DNA of 64,000 nt. Source: Mytilus californianus (Eukaryota). The notes under the pieces were generated by a model. The model saw only the letters and a list, made by a program, of their open reading frames with translations. It was not told the origin of the DNA and did no database searches. Position 1 is the first letter of the stretch, and the number at the start of each line of letters is the position of its first letter. This document shows positions 60,952 through 64,000 of the stretch, in pieces. The position numbers and the translations under genes are program-made. The stretch is taken from assembly GCF_021869535.1 (NCBI RefSeq), contig NW_026262745.1, forward strand, positions 47,306,001 through 47,370,000, given 5' to 3'.

Positions 60952-62056
60952 ATTGTTTTTTAAATGTTACTAAACAAAAGTCGATACCTAATAACGAATC
61001 GACTACCAATTATATAGTCTCGCCAAAAGAATATACTTACTATACCGTTGACAATTAGACATTACGTTGAATACTATACATCATGTATATATAAATAAAG
61101 GCAACAGTAGTATACCGCTGTTCAATAGTCATAAATCGATTAAGCGAAAACAAATCCAGGTTACAAACTAAAACCAGGAGAAACACATCAACTATAATAG
61201 TTATGCTTAAACTTCACCTGCATTCTTGGTAAATTGATTGATTGTTTGATTTTTGGTGTTTTAATGTGAATACTATTGGCTATTTCGTGGCGGTCAGTTT
61301 TTATTGGTGGAGGAAGTCAGAGTGCCCTGAGAGAACCACTGACTTTCAGGTTTTAATTTTTCTGATAATATTTTCATATTTTGATTGGCAAACTACGTTC
61401 GGAAACATTGAAATTCAATATATGTTTTCACACTACTTTTAATCCTGCGCTAAAATGGAATAACCATACTGTTCTTTTAAGATTCTGAAACGGTGAAATA
61501 ATTTGAAATTGCCCCTCATTATTTTAAATTGATTTCAAAAGTAAAAATGTTAAATACAAAAAGGTTTTTTTTTTTTTCATTTAACAACAAAATTGGCCTT
61601 ACTATTCTCGATATTGGCCACAATTTGTGTACTTAATTTATTTTGAACTTTAAGTTCCAATGTATATGTTTCATGTATTATAAACGACTTTTGAATAGAG
61701 TAGTTATGTCATAGTATATACTATACTCATGGAAGCTATTCTAACTTCTTTCAAATCAGCGTTTAAATTACAAATTGACATTAAATTAAACGTACTCGTA
61801 TAAGGTACTGTGCAACGTCCAACTATAGGCATATTTCAACAGTAATCATATTTGGAAGAAAACCAAACCGTCACAAAATATTTGCTTGGTCTCACGTTAA
61901 TTGTGGTGTTGAGTAATATTGCACATATCTGATTAATTTGTTGATTTCAGACGTCCATTTTTGACACAGTGAAACATGAAGAACCATTTTTTTCAAATTA
62001 AGGAATAGCAGTATTAGTGACCCCCATTATAATGTTATTACGGATATGAACCTAAG

Positions 62057-62328
62057 CCTTTTTCATCGGAGGGGTGGGGGGGGGGGGATTCCTTGTTCGT
62101 CCGTCCGACCGTACGTACGTACGTCCCGATACTGGTTTCCATTCTCTAACTTTAGTTTGCCTTAACCAAAATGTTATGAAACTTATACACAAATCTTATT
62201 ACCACAAAACAAAGATCAAGTTTGAATTTGGTTGGCGTCACTTTTAAACCGTTCTCGAGTTATGCCCTTTTATAACGTTATCTGCAAGCGGGGGCATCAT
62301 TTGTGTCCCATGGAAACATTCTCCATTT
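62057..62328 (-). mobile_element. Helentron-type non-autonomous element (relative of 311-788, reverse orientation)
   Basis: (CGTC/CGTA) microsatellite at ~62097-62126 and terminal GGGGGCATCATTTGTGTCCCATGGAAACATTC, complementary to the AAACAGGAATGTGTCCAT...ATGCCCC start of 311-788. Confidence 0.55.
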
Positions 62329-62369
62329 ACATTTTGTTTAAGTAGGTTCATTTATTGGAAGTAATAGAT

Positions 62370-63500
62370 TCTCATCTCATATTGGAGTTCGCAAGGGGGA
62401 TGATTGTAGACATAATATGTTTAAAATATTTGTTAATGATATGCCAGATTATTTAAAAGTAACTGCCACCTAGTTGATTTGAATAATTTCAAACTGAACT
62501 ATTTCATGTGCATGTATTAAATGATCTTATTCTGCTGTATGAAATGCCAAAATGGGCTTCAATAGTATTTACGTGAATTAGAAAAAAACGGCAAACATAA
62601 TTAAATCAGTCATATTTGATAATAATGGGGGCTTATTCAAGCTTCATTTACTATAAATTATGATATGATTAGAAATGTAAAAAAAGAATTCTTATTTTAC
62701 AGTAAATTTTACTTATTATAATAGCTTCACAGTTGACAAGCAAATATTATGTGAAAATGAGTTGAAGGCCTATTACATGTATTATAAAAATGTCTTTAAC
62801 GCCATGAACTTGATAACATGCGATTTTATATTTTGAAATGTAATTTGGGGCTCATCGTCAGTAGAAAAGATCATTAGGCAATATAACAAATATTGTAACC
62901 CAATACATAGCAAATTTGTTATTGTAATGTAATTTGGAAGACATTAAGCACTACAAATGTATATAAGCTTAGCAATTTTAGGAGAACTTGGTAGATTCGC
63001 TTTAATTTTGAAAGTGTTCGTAAAAATGATTAACAAAACCGGTGACCTAGTCACTGTACCCTGTAATACACCTTAGTTCTTACAAACTGAAAATAAGCCA
63101 AGCTGGTAAGGCAATATAATTAGCTAAATAAATTATTTTTAATTAGATAAAACTCAAATTGTTCGAAATTTCATTAAAAGAATATCATATTTAAACTTTA
63201 CGTAATTTATATGGACGATTGACCTTTTTAATGAAAACAAAATTATGTCTGAAGGTAATAAACTTAGAACACACAAAGTGTTCAAAAACAAACCTTCGTA
63301 TGCAAATGATCTCAAATGGGGTAGATCTAACCATAGAAAACTACATGTAACTACAATATAAAGTGCACATAATATAGCAATAGAAAGCGAAAAATATAAC
63401 TATATACCAGTCAATCAAAGAATATACAATGTGTGTAAATCTGCTACGAAGGATTTGAGTAACTTCCTTTTAGAATGTCCAAAAACAAATAAGATTATAT
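62370..63500 (+). pseudogene. Old, heavily degraded non-LTR RT remnant (RTEX/L2-like)
   Basis: Scattered peptides IGVRKGD, FKIFVNDMP, ILGELGR, NKLRT..VFK, AIES..Y..IP...R...VC. Confidence 0.5.
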
Positions 63501-64000
63501 GGGATCTGAACAAAACTAAAAATAAATTTCCAAATGTAAGCCTACGAGATAGCAAATTTAAAAAAAATTATTTTTCGGATGTATGTTGAGCGAAAACTCC
63601 ATACCCTTCTAAACAAGTTTATCCAATCAAAATATGTTAGTGCACTGACTTGAATCTGTATTTAATCAATCCTTATTTACTTCATATAGTTATTCATATT
63701 AGACACATGATACCCGTATATGGTTATTGTACATAATCGTTTGCCATGATCACATTGAATTCATATACAGAGCTCTGCATCAACAATGCAGTTACTGTAG
63801 TTTATATCACTAAATTCATTGAATATAAGCACTTTAGTGTTGTTTTTTTATTGTTGTTTTTTCTTTGTTTGTACTTGTTTATACTTATGTTTAATATCTT
63901 TGTACAACATTGTTTGTTTGTTTGTTATACCTGTGCTTTGCAAACAGTGTTAACATCACTAAATACTGGTCTCGTTTAACAGATTCGGATTTACAGTTAG

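Noticed and set aside
60442-60973. 169- and 175-aa repetitive ORFs as proteins
   Set aside because: They are explained by the 45-bp minisatellite, which is open on both strands.

Overview
AT-rich, repeat-dense animal DNA, most likely a bivalve mussel (Mytilus-like; inferred from the repeat families, not proven). There is one convincing host gene: a two-exon class A orphan GPCR on the minus strand (59125-59394 joined to 51187-52551, 544 aa). The rest is mobile DNA: a near-full-length CR1-type LINE, Penelope-like elements (PLEs), tRNA-derived SINEs, MITEs, Helentron-type non-autonomous elements, minisatellites and an ~8.1 kb tandem duplication (22022-30148 / 30148-37832). The most striking signal is RNA-level. 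A Naiad-type PLE reverse transcriptase carries an in-frame TGA just before RT motif E and has a well-formed type II SECIS hairpin in its 3' UTR. A diverged relative at ~10.7 kb keeps the same SECIS fold with a different helix II sequence, which points to a selenocysteine-encoding retrotransposon family. The window also holds ten type I hammerhead ribozyme motifs from three families, including tandem 353-nt retrozyme arrays. All folds and alignments were done by eye.
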